Part shown: piece by piece, positions 60,787-64,000 of the stretch
How positions within the stretch are numbered: position 1 is the first letter of the stretch
How the letters are laid out: every line of letters starts with the position of its first letter
NCBI GenBank assembly: GCA_002189035.1
Contig: NEEC01000007.1
Span: 744,001-808,000 of the forward strand
Reading direction: 5' to 3'
DNA: 64,000 bases
DNA from: Utricularia gibba
Taxonomy: Eukaryota; Plantae; Magnoliophyta
Notes under the pieces: generated by a model
Database searches by the model: none
Seen by the model: only the letters and a program-made list of their open reading frames with translations
Told to the model about the DNA's origin: nothing
Program-made: the position numbers and the translations under genes

Positions 60787-62367
60787 TTAATTTATGTTCC
60801 ATTTTTGACCCAGAGATGCCAATGCTTTTGCAGAGGAACCATCTTCATTGATGACCGTGAAGCTCGCTTTCTTGAGTTCCCTCATTCTTTCTCTCAAAAC
60901 CTGCCCCTCGTCTTCCTTCATTAACCTTCTTGCTAAGGCCTCGATTTGCTGGGGTTCGACAATGCCGCTCTTGTTCTCCCTTGCTCTCAGCCCAACCTGA
61001 ATGGCGAACGGAATAATCAGAGAATCTACTTTCTTGAATCAGTTATTGAATACTTCTGCTCACCTTGAGAACTTCACTAAGCATCACTGCATTCATTTTC
61101 TGCTCCGCGAACAATGGCCAGGCAATGACCGGCACGCCGTTCACTATGCTTTCCAGGGTCGAGTTCCACCCGCAGTGAGTCAGAAATCCACCGACCGCGG
61201 GGTGTCGGAGAATCTCCGCCTGAGGAGCCCAGTCCCGGAGAACGAAACCCCGGTCTCTGGTTCTTTCGATGAACCCTTCTGGTAGATAATCCTGTTCCTC
61301 CTCTGTGCCTTTACTATGGAAGTAAGCAGCGCTTTTGTCTCCATCATTTGGTCTTCTACCCACCAGAAGGAATCTCTGTTGGCTGCCTTCTAAACCGATG
61401 GCTAACTCCGTCAACTGGGAACGGGACAGAGTGCCCCCGCTGCCGAATGAAACATAAAGCACTGAATTAGCAGGTTGGGCTTCCAGCCACTTCAATGACT
61501 CTGCTCCCGGATCGCTGATGGAAATCGAATCGTATCGGATCAGGGGCCCGACACCGTAGATCGGTGGGACATCAGCATATCGATTCCCTTGCAGTGCCCT
61601 GAAGGCATCAGGTTCCAGGTCATGAAAACTGTTGACTACAATTCCATCCGCGAGGAGATAGCTTTCCATCATCTTGAGGATCATTTGGGCGCCTTTGGTG
61701 CGCCGATCCTGGATCACATCCGGTAAATCGGAAACGTCGATCGCAGGAAAACCTGGAAGAATTAAAGAAAGAAAAGTTACTAGTAAGGATATTGATTTTA
61801 TCGGGACGAACAAGTTAGAAGTGTAATTCATTTATTGCGGTAAAAAAAACTACCTGGAAATTCCAGCGGTGCCTGTAAATCCTTCAAGTCACCATCATGA
61901 GATTGGCAGTGTTCCCGGTAATAAAAACCGACGGACAAAACCGCCGCGGCGGAGGAATCGAAAACGTAGGCGGGGATCTGGAGCTCCTTAATCAAGCCTA
62001 TAGTGAAGGAACAGAACCCATCAACCAGGACGCCCAACAGCAGATTAGTCTTCTGTAACTCGGTAAGTAGGCGACGGAGAGGCGGAATAGATCGAATAAG
62101 GCCGCTAATAATTTTCGCCTCGAGAGAATCATATTCCTCGTCTTCTCCTTGTTCCTCCGCCGCGAGAACCACGGGATTAATTCTGGGAAGTCCCCTGATG
62201 ACGGATTTTTTAGACTCCAGGGACGACTCCGTGGTGCCGGAGAAGATGATCGTGATGGTGAGGTCACTGTGGTTGTGGAGTAGTTTTCTGGCGAGCTCCA
62301 CAAGGGGAATCACGTGACCCATTCCCGGCGATGACAGCATCACCACATGCGGCGGAGGTTGTTCCAT
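60787..62367 (-). CDS. UGT72B-like (group E) UDP-glycosyltransferase, 470 aa, 3 exons (62367-61854, 61752-61064, 60996-60787)
   Basis: PGMGHVIP catalytic His; VSFGSGGTL; PSPG box WAPQAEILRHPAVGGFLTHCGWNSTLESIVNGVPVIAWPLFAEQ; C-terminal EDGSSAKALASLGQKW. Exon lengths 514+689+210=1413 nt, an open frame. Confidence 0.9.
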
Positions 62368-63874
62368 GGCGGTTCTCAAGATAGTTCTCTTACAACACAG
62401 AATAGTTTTTTATACGGGTGGGAAGAACGGGAAAAATACTAAAAATTGTGGGCCAAATTTTACAACAATAATTAAAATTATATTATTTAAAAGAAAACAT
62501 AAAAATAATATTATGGGCTCTGTAACAAACACGGTTTCATTTCACACCATCCCCTATGACACAAATATTATAATTACAAAAATAATTTCTCAACAAAAAA
62601 AATCAAATAACAAAAAATCATTTGTACCTTCCACCATTTTATTACATAATATTATCCACTTTAATTACTAAATCCAAATAGTTTTACATTTTCAACTTTC
62701 TAAAAAAAATATCATGAAAAATTATACTATTATTCTATTTAATCATGATATTTCATCCCTACGTAATTAATGTGAGATATCGTTACAATGATCTTGATCT
62801 TACATCATTTCGTCTAAGATTATTTTCTATATGGGTTCTCGAAAAATAATAATCATTTCTAAAACTTTTCGAAAACAAATTCATTAATATGTAATAACAA
62901 AATTGATTTGATATGAAAACAAGGCCGTTGAAAAACACTCACTACCAAGTCCGAAATTGGCCCACAACCCCCATCAATTGGAAACGGTGGTTCATTGATG
63001 AAAGGCAGTAATTTTCCACGCCTAGAACATACGCTATCCCTCCCTCCCTCGTAGCACAATTACACGACAGTTTCCATGTTAAAAATAAAAGGAAATCTCG
63101 CGGTTGCACAGACAAATTCGTCGGTTTCTGTCCTTGTCCATGTTTTGCTGTTTTTCTGGACCTCTGGCCCCTGGGATGGCGCCCCACCGCCGGATCATAC
63201 TATTGAAATAAATGGTTAGATGTATGAATGTATACATGAACAATAAAATTATATTAAAAAAGATTAGATATTATCTATTAATATTAATTCATAATTTTTT
63301 ATATACGTGATTATTTCAATTTTAAATACCGATTTAAAATCATTTGTTCGATATACCGTGGGTCTCATACTGTACAACAGAGAGTCGTGGCACCCCAGCG
63401 TTTCACACATTCTTATGACGTGGAGAGATACCAGAGGGGGTGGATGTGCCGCACCCTAAAACTCATCTACTCTCTCACATCTAAAATCAAAAATTTTATG
63501 ATAAATATTATTAATTTTTACATATTTATATGACCACGTGACTACATTTCTGAGCATACGTGTATCAGATGGCTAAACCTGGTGTGCCTTTTCTTGTTGG
63601 CTGACGCATGAACCCGATGCAAGAGATTGGACAGTTATCTGTCCAAACATGAATGCGCATATAACATTTTTTAAATATTATTGATCTGTAATTTTTTACA
63701 TAATTAATTAATTATTACTATAATAAATATTAGATTACAATATATGTGGCATGCTTAAAACCTAATTTAATGGCAGTCACTAGCATTTGAGAAAGATGGT
63801 CTGGTTCAAAGGACTCTTTGAGTTACTGAAGCAATTCAACATACGCACGTGTTTTTGAAGCTCAAACTCAGTGG

Positions 63875-64000
63875 TCACGCAGTGAGATGCCATTTCAGGG
63901 CGAGATAAGCAAGCGCTTTCGTGGATGAGCCATCTTCATTGATTGCGGACCTGCTCAGGTCCCTCAGTTTCTCCATGGTTCCCCTCATGGCATGCCCTTC
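63875..64000 (-). CDS. 3' end of a second, tandem UGT72-like gene (truncated by the window edge)
   Basis: EGHAMRGTMEKLRDLSRSAINEDGSSTKALAYLALKWHLTA*, homologous to the last exon of the adjacent UGT. Confidence 0.8.
   Translation of the reverse strand, partial: EGHAMRGTMEKLRDLSRSAINEDGSSTKALAYLALKWHLTA

Noticed and set aside
61043-61831. Split UGT ORFs in the ORF track suggesting a frameshifted pseudogene
   Set aside because: Two canonical GT-AG introns join the pieces into a complete 470-aa open frame.
1-64000. CRISPR arrays, rRNA genes and prokaryotic operon features
   Set aside because: The sequence is a spliced eukaryotic nuclear region; no spacer-repeat arrays or rRNA signatures seen.

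Overview
Gene-dense (about 17 protein genes in 64 kb), short-intron nuclear DNA of a eudicot. An 8HGO-type MDR gene suggests an iridoid-producing asterid, and the compactness would fit a miniature genome (inference only). In order: HAP8-like zinc-finger gene (+), tRNA-Ile(AAU), EamA/SLC35F-type transporter (-), a divergent pectin acetylesterase (+) split by an intact, very young Ty1/copia LTR retrotransposon, 8HGO-like dehydrogenase (+), DNA polymerase theta/TEBICHI (+), RD22-like BURP (-), DDT-domain protein (-), ArfGAP AGD14-like (-), cyclin A2 (-), a 5-kb AT-rich intergenic region, ABCG32-like PDR transporter (+), TIFY8-like (+), KCS (+), H2A.Z (-), a UGT72-like gene (-) and the tail of a tandem UGT. 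The most unusual object is the copia element. It has two apparently identical 446-bp LTRs with non-canonical TG...TA ends, a 5-bp TSD, an 18-nt tRNA-Trp primer site instead of the usual iMet site, and a Gag-Pol ORF that reads through the PPT about 79 codons into the 3' LTR. Also notable: the UGT72-like gene has two apparently gained introns, one flanked by an 8-bp direct repeat. Four genes show -1 frame breaks at G/C homopolymers, most likely assembly errors. All calls were made by eye from translation and motif recall; no database searches were run.
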